Shown piece by piece: positions 1 through 9,992 of a stretch of DNA of 64,000 nucleotides. Below the pieces are notes generated by a model, which was not told the DNA's origin, did not search any database, and worked only from the letters and a program-made list of their open reading frames with translations. Source of the DNA: a virus; IMG/VR virus record IMGVR_UViG_3300031957_002648, positions 12,088 to 76,087 of that record. The stretch is one strand, 5' to 3'. The translations under genes and the position numbers were made by a program. Positions within the stretch are counted from its first letter, which is position 1; each line of letters opens with the position of its first letter.

Positions 1-3000
1 CATTGTTGACGGTCAATGGGCCATCAAATTGTGATAGTAGTGTCTTGGATGCGCCACCTTCGACAACTAGTCTCTCTTTGATGATTACTTCATCAAAGAT
101 AACACTTAAAACTGAAGGATCTTCACCACGAACTGTGGGGATAGGAGCATTGAATGTAGATTCTTCACCAGTGGAAGGATTGATAATCTTGTTACCAATG
201 AAGAAGTCACCATCGTTGTTCATTGCAGTATAAACTACAATACCACCACCTCTTTGTTGGGATTGTGTTAGGAACTCCTCTTTAGGTGTAAGTGTGATAT
301 TCTGAACTTGAGGCAATCCAGTTGAGTAGTTACCAGGACCATAACCTAGATATTCAAATGTATGGCCAGATGCACGAAGAATAGATGGTCTACGAAGTTC
401 TGTGCCATAGATATTGATCTTACGAATCTGAGTTCCATTTTTGTGTGGTTTAGTATCAGATCCAAGATAACCACGAATTACACCAATTTCATCATTTGCA
501 GGACCAAGTAGAGTCTTGGTCGTGATTCTCATAATCTCACCATCTACATCAATATAATCTCCTAAAGAGAATCTCTCAGCAGTTCCAATGCCAGAATTGG
601 GTAGACTAATCTTAAATTGATTATCTGCCTCACCATCACCAATGTCCTCAACTAGGAGTGCAGATTCATTTGCAAAGAAGTTAAATCCGCGAGATCCTAG
701 ATTCTCACCCTCAACAGTAATTGTTCCACCTTTTGCATCATATGCTGTAGGTACAACATAGTTTGGATTTGTTTGTAGATCAATAGTTGTACGAGCTGTA
801 AGAGTTAGAATACCAACCCTTTCCAACACGTTGAATTGTCCAACATTATTATTATTTGTATCCAAAATCTGGAAACTATTTCCAGAAATTAAACCATGAG
901 CATCATTTGTAGTAATAGTAGCCACACCAGTGAGATTTCCACTATCTGATGTGAAGACAATCGTATTGATTCCGATTGATCTACCAACATTTACCATGTA
1001 TTGGCCTAATACAGGCAATGGATCTCCACCAGTGTATGCAAATGACACCTCAGTAGTAGAGGGAATTGCAGAAATTCTATATGAACCGTCAGATGTAGAT
1101 CCAATACCAGTAAGTTGAATAGAGTTACCGATAGCGGTAGAAATACCAGATGTGTTGATGGTGATTTCTGCACCAGTAAATCCAGATAGATCTAGAATCT
1201 CTCCATTAGTGTATGCACTACCAGGAGCTTGAACTTCAACACTTTCTACAGCACCGCCAGAACCAACAATAACTTTGGCTGTTGCGCCATCATGAGTTGA
1301 TGTTCCATCATTTAGAAGTTTGACATTATAGTATTCACCTTCAGTAAATCCACTTCCCGCAGTTAAAGAAGTATAAGTTGAAATACCAGAAAGATTGTGT
1401 GGTCTATCAAGAGTTATTGTAGCAATACCAACTACACTATTAGTTTCAATTTGAATGATTGTTCGGCCAATACCAATAGTTCTATAGACGGTATCAATGC
1501 TTTCTCTTGTAATGCTATTTTCAGGATCATCAACTACTACATCTCCAATAGGATCTCTCTTAGCATATGATTTTGCTGCATTTGGATTGGTGTTTGGATT
1601 ATCTCTATCCAATTGAGGATAGAAATTCTCAATTCTAGGTAGATATCCAAGTTGAGTAAACTCTTCTTCAATGTAATTATCAGCGGTTAAGATATTGAAG
1701 TGATAGACACCATCAGAGATGTTTGGGATGTGTTCTTGAATAACCTCAGAACGATAGATGGTAGCATTGATCTGGTTGTTTACTCTCTGATAGCGAGCAT
1801 TGAGAGAATCTCTAGTATCGACATCAGTATTAAAATCGCCAGGCAATCTAGAATCACCATCAATATCTGTAGTGTTATATTGAAACTCTAGTTCATTGTT
1901 TACTGTAGTTACAACAAAATCTCCATTATATCCACTTTTTGCTATTCCAGCTAAGTTTGTTGTACTCTTGGCATCAACAATTTTTACAGTATCACCAACT
2001 CTAATGTTGTGAGGAAGTTCAGTCTGTACAGTTACTACACTACCAGCAGCTGTACAGGTTGCAATGTATCTGGGATTGCGTTGGAAATCGTAATCATCTA
2101 GATCAATGGTTGTGATTGTAAAGTCTTGATCATTTCTAAGATTAGTTGTATTACTATCCTGCAAAACAAAGTTTTCTACAGGGTTTCTTCCAAGAGTTGC
2201 CTCTTTAGGAACAAAATATCTAAGTTTATAAATTTTATCACCAAGACTTCTATTGTCTGGATTTCTACGAATATAAGATTCATTAGTTTGATCACCAAGA
2301 CCAGCAACACCCTGACCAGCTGCTAATAAACCATTGTAGATAGCATTGTTTGCTTCAACGTGAATAAACCAGTTGTTGTGATTTGGATCATATAAAATTG
2401 GACAACCAATCTCGTTCTGATCATGATCAGATACTCTACTCTCTACTCGTAAGTCTGTACCACCATATACCGTAATAGAAACACCCTTCAAAGCATCAGA
2501 TAGAGTAGATGCTACCTTAAATTCACTATTACTTACTTTAATACAATAATAAATTGTTTCTGGCTCTAGATTTTCAGGAAGATCGCCATCTGCGGATATA
2601 ATACGAATCTTTTCACCGGTAACTAAATTGTGATTAAATCCGGTGTTAAACTCACTAGCAGCACTGAGACTCGTAATCTTTGTAATTCTTTCCTTAGACC
2701 CTGTTCCCGTAGCAACTGTGCTGGATGTAGATACTAAAGCATCACTAATTAAAATACTTGCTTGATATGTTGTGGTATTGGATCTATCACCGACATTGCT
2801 AAGATCAACAAATAATTGGTCATTTTGTTTAGCACCAATTCTATAACCCTGAACAATATTTTGTGGTGGATTATCAGCATCTTTGAACCCAAAGAGATAT
2901 AGATGACTAGAAACACCAACGGCCGTTGTCAAGCCAACATCAAGAGTTACAAGGTCAATCTTTCTACTAACAGATCTATCGATCTCTTGTGGAGCAATAA

Positions 3001-4627
3001 TAGAAGTTACATATCCTTGATCATCTTTTGCAAATGCCTCAGCTTTAAATCCACTAGAGATAAGTGCAATCTGACCAAAGTTTGAGTTGGAGTTGGTAAT
3101 AGATGCGTCACCACCAGTCTCACATAAGAAGTGAGCATTGAAACCAATAGCGAACACAGACACCACCTGAATGATGGAATCATTACTCATTTTAATATGA
3201 GCAGTTTCCCATCCAGTTCTATAAATTGCTGTGCTATCTAAGTGATAAACCGTATTCGTATTTGTAGAACTTGATCCAGAAGAAAGTTCAGCACCTGTTA
3301 CTTTGGCAATGGGAATACCATCATAAGTTCTAGATACAGGGTTATATTTAACAAATGCACGGTCATCCTTTTGTAGAGATACAGCAGTGTACTGTGCAAC
3401 AACCATTGAACGGAAACCGGTGGATTTTTTACCATCGGCAAGCATACCATTCATTCCATATACGCTTCTCAGAGAGCAGTTGAAAACGTATGGAGATGCA
3501 CCAGTAACTGTATCAGTCTCGATAGTTACATTTGCGCCAGAGACGATTGCAGTGGCAACTAGGGTTGGGCTTACAAATGGTAACAGATATGTAAACTGAT
3601 CAGTCGCAGGTACTGATCTTACAAATGTGGAGATGTTGTAATCGCTGGGAGATGCTCCGCGAATCTTTACAGGAGTACCTACAGTAAGCCCGTGTGGACC
3701 TTGTGTTCTGACAGTAACTAACTGAGTTGCTACAGCACCATCACCAGAAATAATGCTTTCAATTTTAACTGGGTCAGAAGCAAATGCACCTACAATTTCA
3801 TATTCAATTCTAGATTTAGAGAATCCTTGTGATTGTCCAGGGAATTTCTGGTCAATATTTCTACCCGAAGATTCATTAAAAGCATTAGATAGTTTACTAT
3901 AGTACATGTCAAGGTCAGATAGACCTGTTTCTTGTACTACAGTTATTCCATCAGCAAACTCAAATCCAGTAAGTTTATGGTGAGAGAATGTAGGAACTGA
4001 TTGATTTGTTGCAGAGAAGTCTTGGTTGTCAGTATATACTCTTCTTTCTTGTGGACCGTCAAAGAGAGTAAAGTCTCTAAAGTAACAAGTACCAGTTAAA
4101 CGAATCAGAGCTGACTTGGGTACATCAGGGTCAGTTGGGTTGGGAACATATAGCGGCCGAATCTTTGTCTTTCTTAAATCTAGACCAACAATTGATGTGC
4201 CTCTTGGAAGAATACATCCACCATTTACGCTGTTAAACTTGTACAGCATATTGTCTTCGACATCCAAATCGAAGACAGATTCTAAAGATAGAGTGAGAGT
4301 AGATTGTGCTAAAGTCTCTACACCCGAAGGAGAAATGGCTCTTGCAATTCCCAAACTATCCTTAATTTTGAAACCAGGACGGTTATCAATTAAGTGTTCT
4401 CCAGGAAACAACAGAATAGTAGTTCTATCAAATAGATCATTATCGTTTCCCCTTACATAAGAGAAACGAGCTGATTCTATTAAAGCCCTCTGAATAGTCT
4501 TAAAGGGTTGAGATAATGAATTACCCTGGTTATCAATGCTATCGGTTGCGCCAATATCGTTAGGGTTAACGTAAAGAATCTTACCCTCAGTGTTCTTGAT
4601 AAAATTCTGTAGCTTACTAAGAGGCAT
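1..4627 (-). CDS. Large virion structural / tail-fibre-associated protein (>1500 aa, 3' end outside window)
   Basis: Absent from the ORF track because no stop lies in the window. Starts MPLSKLQNFIKNTEGKILYVNPNDIGATDSIDNQGNSLSQPFKTIQRAL, a typical cyanomyovirus structural N-terminus. The same frame reads ASGHTFEYLGYGPGNYSTGLP...GGIVVYTAMNNDGDFFIGN and ...LSQFDGPLTVNN near the edge. Not every internal codon was checked. Confidence 0.85.
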   Translation of the reverse strand, partial: MPLSKLQNFIKNTEGKILYVNPNDIGATDSIDNQGNSLSQPFKTIQRALIESARFSYVRGNDNDLFDRTTILLFPGEHLIDNRPGFKIKDSLGIARAISPSGVETLAQSTLTLSLESVFDLDVEDNMLYKFNSVNGGCILPRGTSIVGLDLRKTKIRPLYVPNPTDPDVPKSALIRLTGTCYFRDFTLFDGPQERRVYTDNQDFSATNQSVPTFSHHKLTGFEFADGITVVQETGLSDLDMYYSKLSNAFNESSGRNIDQKFPGQSQGFSKSRIEYEIVGAFASDPVKIESIISGDGAVATQLVTVRTQGPHGLTVGTPVKIRGASPSDYNISTFVRSVPATDQFTYLLPFVSPTLVATAIVSGANVTIETDTVTGASPYVFNCSLRSVYGMNGMLADGKKSTGFRSMVVAQYTAVSLQKDDRAFVKYNPVSRTYDGIPIAKVTGAELSSGSSSTNTNTVYHLDSTAIYRTGWETAHIKMSNDSIIQVVSVFAIGFNAHFLCETGGDASITNSNSNFGQIALISSGFKAEAFAKDDQGYVTSIIAPQEIDRSVSRKIDLVTLDVGLTTAVGVSSHLYLFGFKDADNPPQNIVQGYRIGAKQNDQLFVDLSNVGDRSNTTTYQASILISDALVSTSSTVATGTGSKERITKITSLSAASEFNTGFNHNLVTGEKIRIISADGDLPENLEPETIYYCIKVSNSEFKVASTLSDALKGVSITVYGGTDLRVESRVSDHDQNEIGCPILYDPNHNNWFIHVEANNAIYNGLLAAGQGVAGLGDQTNESYIRRNPDNRSLGDKIYKLRYFVPKEATLGRNPVENFVLQDSNTTNLRNDQDFTITTIDLDDYDFQRNPRYIATCTAAGSVVTVQTELPHNIRVGDTVKIVDAKSTTNLAGIAKSGYNGDFVVTTVNNELEFQYNTTDIDGDSRLPGDFNTDVDTRDSLNARYQRVNNQINATIYRSEVIQEHIPNISDGVYHFNILTADNYIEEEFTQLGYLPRIENFYPQLDRDNPNTNPNAAKSYAKRDPIGDVVVDDPENSITRESIDTVYRTIGIGRTIIQIETNSVVGIATITLDRPHNLSGISTYTSLTAGSGFTEGEYYNVKLLNDGTSTHDGATAKVIVGSGGAVESVEVQAPGSAYTNGEILDLSGFTGAEITINTSGISTAIGNSIQLTGIGSTSDGSYRISAIPSTTEVSFAYTGGDPLPVLGQYMVNVGRSIGINTIVFTSDSGNLTGVATITTNDAHGLISGNSFQILDTNNNNVGQFNVLERVGILTLTARTTIDLQTNPNYVVPTAYDAKGGTITVEGENLGSRGFNFFANESALLVEDIGDGEADNQFKISLPNSGIGTAERFSLGDYIDVDGEIMRITTKTLLGPANDEIGVIRGYLGSDTKPHKNGTQIRKINIYGTELRRPSILRASGHTFEYLGYGPGNYSTGLPQVQNITLTPKEEFLTQSQQRGGGIVVYTAMNNDGDFFIGNKIINPSTGEESTFNAPIPTVRGEDPSVLSVIFDEVIIKERLVVEGGASKTLLSQFDGPLTVNN

Positions 4628-4658
4628 GGATATAAGATGGCAGACTTGCTTTATGTTG

Positions 4659-4665
4659 TATTTAG
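4659..4665 (-). promoter_or_regulatory. T4-type late promoter (CTAAATA)
   Basis: CTAAATA about 30 nt upstream of the ATG at 4627, inside an inverted repeat. Confidence 0.7.
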
Positions 4666-4695
4666 CAAGTCTTATCTATAAAGCCACTCATTGGA

Positions 4696-4780
4696 TGCGA
4701 GTAGGGAGACTTGAACTCCCACGACCGTAATGGTCAACAGATTTTAAGTCTGGTGCGTCTACCGATTCCGCCATACTCGC
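4696..4780 (-). tRNA. tRNA-Leu (UAA)
   Basis: GCGAGTATGGCGGAATCGGTAGACGCACCAGACTTAAAATCTGTTGACCATTACGGTCGTGGGAGTTCAAGTCTCCCTACTCGCA; long variable arm, anticodon TAA. Confidence 0.95.
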
Positions 4781-4960
4781 AAGGCATTACACTTATCCGA
4801 ATGCTTGCTATGGGGCAATTAAACCCAACATTCTGATAGTTTGTAATGGAGTAGGACAGGGGTCCACCCTGAACATCCAAAGGGGGCTGATTCCCAACTA
4901 CAGGGTTTCGGTATATCCGAACCGCTGGGCACCTTTGGTTGGAACGTCTCAAGTTCCTTA
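4781..4960 (-). ncRNA. Structured RNA between tRNAs (manA-motif-like candidate)
   Basis: Stems GGAAC/GTTCC; CCAAAGG/CCTTTGG enclosing CCCAGC/GTTGGG and TCGG/CCGA; CAGGG/CCCTG; CATTAC/GTAATG enclosing GAATG/CATTC. GC-richer than surrounding DNA. Family assignment is from recollection only. Confidence 0.55.
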
Positions 4961-5033
4961 TGCTTCCTGAGAGGATCGAACTCTCCTTAGGCGAATTATG
5001 AGTTCGCTGCATTCACCAGATTGCTAAGGAAGC
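4961..5033 (-). tRNA. tRNA with CAU anticodon (elongator Met or Ile2)
   Basis: GCTTCCTTAGCAATCTGGTGAATGCAGCGAACTCATAATTCGCCTAAGGAGAGTTCGATCCTCTCAGGAAGCA; G1-C72 paired and no GGG/CCC anticodon stem, so not an initiator. Confidence 0.9.
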
Positions 5034-5036
5034 AAA

Positions 5037-5108
5037 TGGTTCTGCCGAGAATTGAACTCGGTTCACACGCTTATAAGGCATGGGCTTTAACCAATAAGCA
5101 ACAGAACC
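5037..5108 (-). tRNA. tRNA-Ile (UAU)
   Basis: GGTTCTGTTGCTTATTGGTTAAAGCCCATGCCTTATAAGCGTGTGAACCGAGTTCAATTCTCGGCAGAACCA; loop CTTATAA gives anticodon TAT. Confidence 0.9.
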
Positions 5109-5115
5109 ATCAAAC

Positions 5116-5310
5116 TCACCAATCAGTTGTGAGAGCAATCTCCGCCCATTCAACATCTGCACCGCAGGCATAACAATAATTTAGAACTCGTTGAAATTGT
5201 TCTCCGTTTTCACACTCTAGAGCCCTTTCGGATCCTTCTTCACCGACCAAAAGAAAACTGAGAGTACAAATGTCTGCCACAACGCCCAGAAGAGTTTCGT
5301 TGGTGTTCAT
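5116..5310 (-). CDS. Hypothetical protein (64 aa)
   Basis: ORF between a sigma70-type promoter and the tRNA cluster. Confidence 0.7.
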   Translation of the reverse strand: MNTNETLLGVVADICTLSFLLVGEEGSERALECENGEQFQRVLNYCYACGADVEWAEIALTTDW

Positions 5311-5332
5311 AGTCTTGGTTGATTACAGGCCT

Positions 5333-5361
5333 AGTATAGCACCACCGGGCCCCCGTGTCAA
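5333..5361 (-). promoter_or_regulatory. Sigma70-type early promoter driving the small ORF and tRNA cluster
   Basis: TTGACA-N17-TATACT with extended -10 TG. Confidence 0.8.
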
Positions 5362-6140
5362 GCCCCTTGCTGGAACGTTCTTACTTGTGCCAAACGAGTC
5401 TCTGTTTCCTTCTTTCCAAAGGTGAGAGTCCATCTCTCCTTCAACAACTCTTCTCTTTCTGCTTTAATTGCATCGGATCTCGATTTAGCAGAAGATCTTA
5501 TTGGATTACTTCCTTCAGTAGCTAAATCTGCAAGAGCTTGTGTCTGTTGATTGTACAGATTGATACAGTTTCCACAAGAAATTAGTGGTTCTACATTTTG
5601 TAAACGATAGTATTCAACTTGATCTCCATCTGCAATAAATGTATCCTGTCCGTCTCCTAGATTTCCAGACTGAATGGTTGTGGGACTTGCTGCACTTACA
5701 ATGTTTATACTCCCAACGTCTTTTAATGGTTCAGTTCCACCATATGTTCCACTGTTTAAATTCTTTTTATCGGCTTGACAGACATCATAGTTCACAAATT
5801 GTGTTGTTCCAATGCTAACAGTCGTAACACCAACAAAACTACATCCACAAGAAATACCATCATCTGATGCGGACTTAATTATATTAATGTATTGATTGTA
5901 TGCAACTACAGACTCTGCCATTTGTCTGTCTGTCGGAGCTGCTCTAACTACTAATTCTTTTTGTATAGGATCAATATTTTTGATCTGATCTTGAAGAAAT
6001 TCAATATCTCTTTCATAACCCTCAGATTTTCCAATATAATAGTCTTTTAGGCTTGCATTCTTCTGATAACTTCCACCAACTGGTGAGATAATGTCCTCGA
6101 TATTATCTACAAAATCAATAGGAAATGTTGAAATTGGCAT
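5358..6140 (-). CDS. Hypothetical protein, probably baseplate-associated (260 aa)
   Basis: Last gene of the tightly coupled gp5 cluster; coiled-coil ends, CGC and CxxC motifs. Confidence 0.7.
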   Translation of the reverse strand: MPISTFPIDFVDNIEDIISPVGGSYQKNASLKDYYIGKSEGYERDIEFLQDQIKNIDPIQKELVVRAAPTDRQMAESVVAYNQYINIIKSASDDGISCGCSFVGVTTVSIGTTQFVNYDVCQADKKNLNSGTYGGTEPLKDVGSINIVSAASPTTIQSGNLGDGQDTFIADGDQVEYYRLQNVEPLISCGNCINLYNQQTQALADLATEGSNPIRSSAKSRSDAIKAEREELLKERWTLTFGKKETETRLAQVRTFQQGA

Positions 6141-6141
6141 G

Positions 6142-7044
6142 TCAAGGCAGTGGATCTGGTCTTCTTACATATTTATCGTTAGCATAGTCACCATTTGCAA
6201 GAATTTTTGTAGATGACTTTCTATAATCTTCTACACTAGTTCCTTCATACTCAACCACCAGTGGTTTAGTATCTTTTCTTTCTGCATGAATAATGTAATA
6301 ATACTCTAAAGTTGTTGCCTGATGGCCAACATATACTTTATTGTCCTCAATTTTTTTGACATGTAATGTACTACATGCCTTTCCAATCGGAGTTAACTGT
6401 ACTGTAATCGATTCTTCATGAACTAATCCTGTCCAATAATATGGCAATTCAATTACTTTTTCCGTAGTTTTTCCACGAAAATATACGCCCATTTCTGGAC
6501 CTTCTAAGGCAGCATATACTAATCTGTAATTTTCTTTAAGTGGATGTGCAATATTAAATGTTTTGAATGGTGCGGCAACTGAAGCAAAAACTCCTAAACC
6601 TGCAACAGTGGTTGAAGCTGTGGTTGTTCCGGCAGTTGCTTGTGCAGAAGCATTTGCCTTAGGCCCTGCTTCTGCTTGAGCGCCAGCAACTGCTGTTACA
6701 CCGGCAGAAGCATCTGCTCCAATAGTTAATGACACTCCAGTAATAGTTGTGGCACCATTTAGAAAGTTGATACCATTTGAAATCAGAGCACAAGGAGCTG
6801 CCGTAATCTCTAATCCGCAAACTCCGGGTAAAGGAATTGGTGCGATCGGGCCAGTAACTTTGGTTCCGATACTTACAGTGGCGCGATCAATTCCAAGACC
6901 AGGGCATAGTCCGAAGTATGCTGGTCCAGAAGTTGTAAATAGTCCAGGGAGAACCTTCCCCAAAGTAATTCCAGAGAGAATATCTCCAGATACATTACCT
7001 ACATTTAATTTTTTTGTGTTAATTGCTTCGTTTGATAATGACAT
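6142..7044 (-). CDS. Baseplate spike / tail-tip-associated protein (300 aa)
   Basis: Ala/Thr/Gly-rich middle; C-terminal FNIAHPLK...LEGPEMGVYFRG domain common in phage tail proteins; coupled to upstream gene. Confidence 0.65.
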   Translation of the reverse strand: MSLSNEAINTKKLNVGNVSGDILSGITLGKVLPGLFTTSGPAYFGLCPGLGIDRATVSIGTKVTGPIAPIPLPGVCGLEITAAPCALISNGINFLNGATTITGVSLTIGADASAGVTAVAGAQAEAGPKANASAQATAGTTTASTTVAGLGVFASVAAPFKTFNIAHPLKENYRLVYAALEGPEMGVYFRGKTTEKVIELPYYWTGLVHEESITVQLTPIGKACSTLHVKKIEDNKVYVGHQATTLEYYYIIHAERKDTKPLVVEYEGTSVEDYRKSSTKILANGDYANDKYVRRPDPLP

Positions 7045-7643
7045 TAGAGTAAACTACCTGAACCTGTTCTAATAGCAGTGGCAACGTCAGTGAGTGTTTG
7101 CATCCAATTTCCACTAACGAGATTTTTAATTGAACCAATAACTGATGGGTGGCCAGAATTTTTTACATCTCCAATGAGATATAAGAAACCATTACCATCA
7201 AGAACTAATTTATTTTCTCCTGCGATAATAGTGTTGCCACCGTGAATTCTAATCTCCTCATCAGTTTTAATTGTGACAAATCCATTACCAATAATATCAA
7301 CATTACCTCCAGGCGAAATGTCACTGGCTTCAAGTAAAATATTCTTCGCCTTTACCTTAAAATTTCCTTCCGCAATTAAAACAATATCACCATTTGCAGC
7401 ATGGATCAATTTGCCAACCATTTCCTCCTTAACACTTTCTGGATCCGTATGAACTTTTTCAATTGATGCTCCAGAAATTTTTTGAGTATATGCTCCGTTA
7501 CTCCAGTGAGTCATAAAGTTTCTAACTTTATTCACCCATATCGTAAACGATCTTCCAGTATCTAAATCTTGGCGACCAGAACCACCGAACATAGTAACAT
7601 GTTCAGTATCAGCAATTCTACGAGTTCTTGATTGATTTGCCAT
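7044..7643 (-). CDS. gp5-C-like beta-helical spike protein (199 aa)
   Basis: Repeated short beta-strand pattern (IHAANGDIVLIAEGNFKVKAKNILLEA); directly follows the gp5 N-terminal gene. Confidence 0.6.
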   Translation of the reverse strand: MANQSRTRRIADTEHVTMFGGSGRQDLDTGRSFTIWVNKVRNFMTHWSNGAYTQKISGASIEKVHTDPESVKEEMVGKLIHAANGDIVLIAEGNFKVKAKNILLEASDISPGGNVDIIGNGFVTIKTDEEIRIHGGNTIIAGENKLVLDGNGFLYLIGDVKNSGHPSVIGSIKNLVSGNWMQTLTDVATAIRTGSGSLL

Positions 7644-9992
7644 TTATATAACGCATTTAATAATTTCGAGTGGGCCACCTAGAACTTTATTATCATTCTG
7701 ATCAAGGATCACATCACTCGATTCATTTAAATAATCATCCAAGATAATGAAAGTGAGTTGAGCGCGAAGTTGTGCTCCAGCACCAGTCTCACTATTTATT
7801 CTAATCTCTGGAATACCAATAAATCCACAAACCCTACCAGTTATCTCGACGCCAACTATTTGACCAAACTCTGTAAACAATCCTTTAAGTTCTAGTCCAG
7901 GAATTTCTGGAATGGTTACAAGTTCATCATCCGAAGAATATCCAAATCCAGTATCCAAAACTGTAATAGACTCTAAACAACCAACAACTGATGTTGTAAT
8001 AAATCCAGGATTGTCAGAGCCAGGAGATGGTGCTGGATATACTACATCAACTGGATTATCAGGATCAAAAGGCCAATCACCGCCTGGTTCCACACCAACA
8101 TTTCCTCCAGGAGGAACATATTCATAACCTCCAGTTGGAGGACTATCAGGATCAAATGATTGTTCTGGATTTGGACCAACAATTGGAGAGCTTGGATAAG
8201 TGATTACCTCTCCATCATTACCAATATAAATTGCAGTGGTGATTCCGGGATCTCCAATCGGATTTCCAGGATCTGTTATTACTGGGCTGAAAGAGTTTGA
8301 TCCATCTGGTACTGGTAGATAACCATAACCAGGATGAGTTATTACAATCCTATCAATTCCACCATCATCAGGATTAACAACGCAATAACCAGCAGCTCCA
8401 TAACCACGTCCACACCTATCATCAAAAGTTACAAATGGGGTACTTTTATATCCTTTGCCACGATCCAATCCAACAGCACCAACAACTTGTCCGTATTGAT
8501 TAACTACAGCACTGTATCGTGCCTCAACCACTGGAATACCAGCAAAAATATTAACTTCTGGCGGACCACATTGTTCTGGTTCCTTATTACATCCAAGATC
8601 AGCTCCTTTCTTGAATCCTACCTTATCTAACCAATTAGATGCAGTAGTTCTAAGATTTGGAGGCAAATCAAAATCGTTCAAAAAATCCTTATAATCATCT
8701 CTCAGAGCTTTGGTCGGACCAGCCCAAGGACTAGCATTAAATTGTACGATCTCGATACACTTTTTCTCTAGACATAAGAATCCAAGTAATCCCAATATCG
8801 CATCAACAGCACCAAAAATCTCTCCACTAATTTTTGCAATTTCTCCAAATGCAGTGCCGAGAGCATCTAATGCTCCCTTAAGTAATTCATCAAGTTTTGA
8901 TGCGATATTGTTTAGTAATGCATTTAAAAATTGTTCCGCAGCGCAGACCGGAGCACTTGCAAGTTCTCCAATAATTCCAGCAATAAAATCTCCAATTAAA
9001 GATGGAAGATCTTCAATTACTTGCTGGAAAATACAAAATATTTGATCCAGAATTACCGCAAGAATTCCATCTTTTAAATCTTTTAATTCATCTCCAAAAA
9101 AGATTTCAAAAATATCCTTAATACCTGCCTTAATTTTTCTAAGAATATAATTTCTAGCTCTCTGAACTAAAGTTCTTGCAACAGCAGCTATATCCCTAAT
9201 AGCATTACGAATCTGACCAATTACATCAGTAATTTTATTCAGAGTTCCAACAACATAAAACTGATAGTATTTCTTTACTCCTTTAATAATAGAGACAATT
9301 TTTGCTAGAGCTATTCTAACCCTAGCTACGTCACTTTTTCCACAATTGTTCGGTCCAATAATAGGTTCATCTAGTTTATCTCTTTCTTCTGAATCTGAAT
9401 TACTAGGAACTGGTGCTCCACCATCATCTCCTCTTTCATTGGATGAATTATCTTTGCCAGAGCTTTCAGTCACCCTTCCCTGATTATTACCATCACCACC
9501 ACCGGCAACTGTTTGGAGTGTCTCAGATACTGGTTCTGGATCTGGATTTTTCTGTGCCGCAGAAACTCTCCATGCTGGAATATTGTTTTGTGAATAATAA
9601 TTTGTAGAGAAAAATCCAGTAGATTTTCTGTTATTTGCATCTGTTGATGATATCTCTGATCGAGATACACTTTTGTCGATAACTCCAGTAATTATAGGTT
9701 GCTGCCCATCATCACCGTCAAGAAAGAAACCAATTACAAATTCTCCACCCTCAATGGCACTACTAGCTCTATTTCCAGCTCCAGCAGTTGTTGGTTTTGA
9801 AATCAATGCAAGTGGTAATTGATCATCAGGCAATATGGATCCATCTTCGGGATGATAGCCAAGTATCCTTACAGGAACTCTTTCTCCCCAAGTATCTTGC
9901 GATGGAGTTGAATTTGGAGGAACTTGTCCTAACCACCACCTATATCCATCTCTACCAATGAAGCTACTCTTTAATATTGCTTGATCAATCAT
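7644..9992 (-). CDS. gp5: Baseplate hub subunit gp5 homolog (OB-fold N-terminus; no recognisable T4 lysozyme domain)
   Basis: FIGRDGYRWWLGQV...RVPVRILGYH...VIGFFLDGDDGQQPIITG, the gp5 OB-fold signature. Confidence 0.85.
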   Translation of the reverse strand: MIDQAILKSSFIGRDGYRWWLGQVPPNSTPSQDTWGERVPVRILGYHPEDGSILPDDQLPLALISKPTTAGAGNRASSAIEGGEFVIGFFLDGDDGQQPIITGVIDKSVSRSEISSTDANNRKSTGFFSTNYYSQNNIPAWRVSAAQKNPDPEPVSETLQTVAGGGDGNNQGRVTESSGKDNSSNERGDDGGAPVPSNSDSEERDKLDEPIIGPNNCGKSDVARVRIALAKIVSIIKGVKKYYQFYVVGTLNKITDVIGQIRNAIRDIAAVARTLVQRARNYILRKIKAGIKDIFEIFFGDELKDLKDGILAVILDQIFCIFQQVIEDLPSLIGDFIAGIIGELASAPVCAAEQFLNALLNNIASKLDELLKGALDALGTAFGEIAKISGEIFGAVDAILGLLGFLCLEKKCIEIVQFNASPWAGPTKALRDDYKDFLNDFDLPPNLRTTASNWLDKVGFKKGADLGCNKEPEQCGPPEVNIFAGIPVVEARYSAVVNQYGQVVGAVGLDRGKGYKSTPFVTFDDRCGRGYGAAGYCVVNPDDGGIDRIVITHPGYGYLPVPDGSNSFSPVITDPGNPIGDPGITTAIYIGNDGEVITYPSSPIVGPNPEQSFDPDSPPTGGYEYVPPGGNVGVEPGGDWPFDPDNPVDVVYPAPSPGSDNPGFITTSVVGCLESITVLDTGFGYSSDDELVTIPEIPGLELKGLFTEFGQIVGVEITGRVCGFIGIPEIRINSETGAGAQLRAQLTFIILDDYLNESSDVILDQNDNKVLGGPLEIIKCVI

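Noticed and set aside
3-4460. Several plus-strand ORFs in the track
   Set aside because: Antisense shadows of the long minus-strand structural gene
4734-5012. 92-aa minus-strand ORF
   Set aside because: Overlaps two tRNAs and the structured RNA; not protein-like
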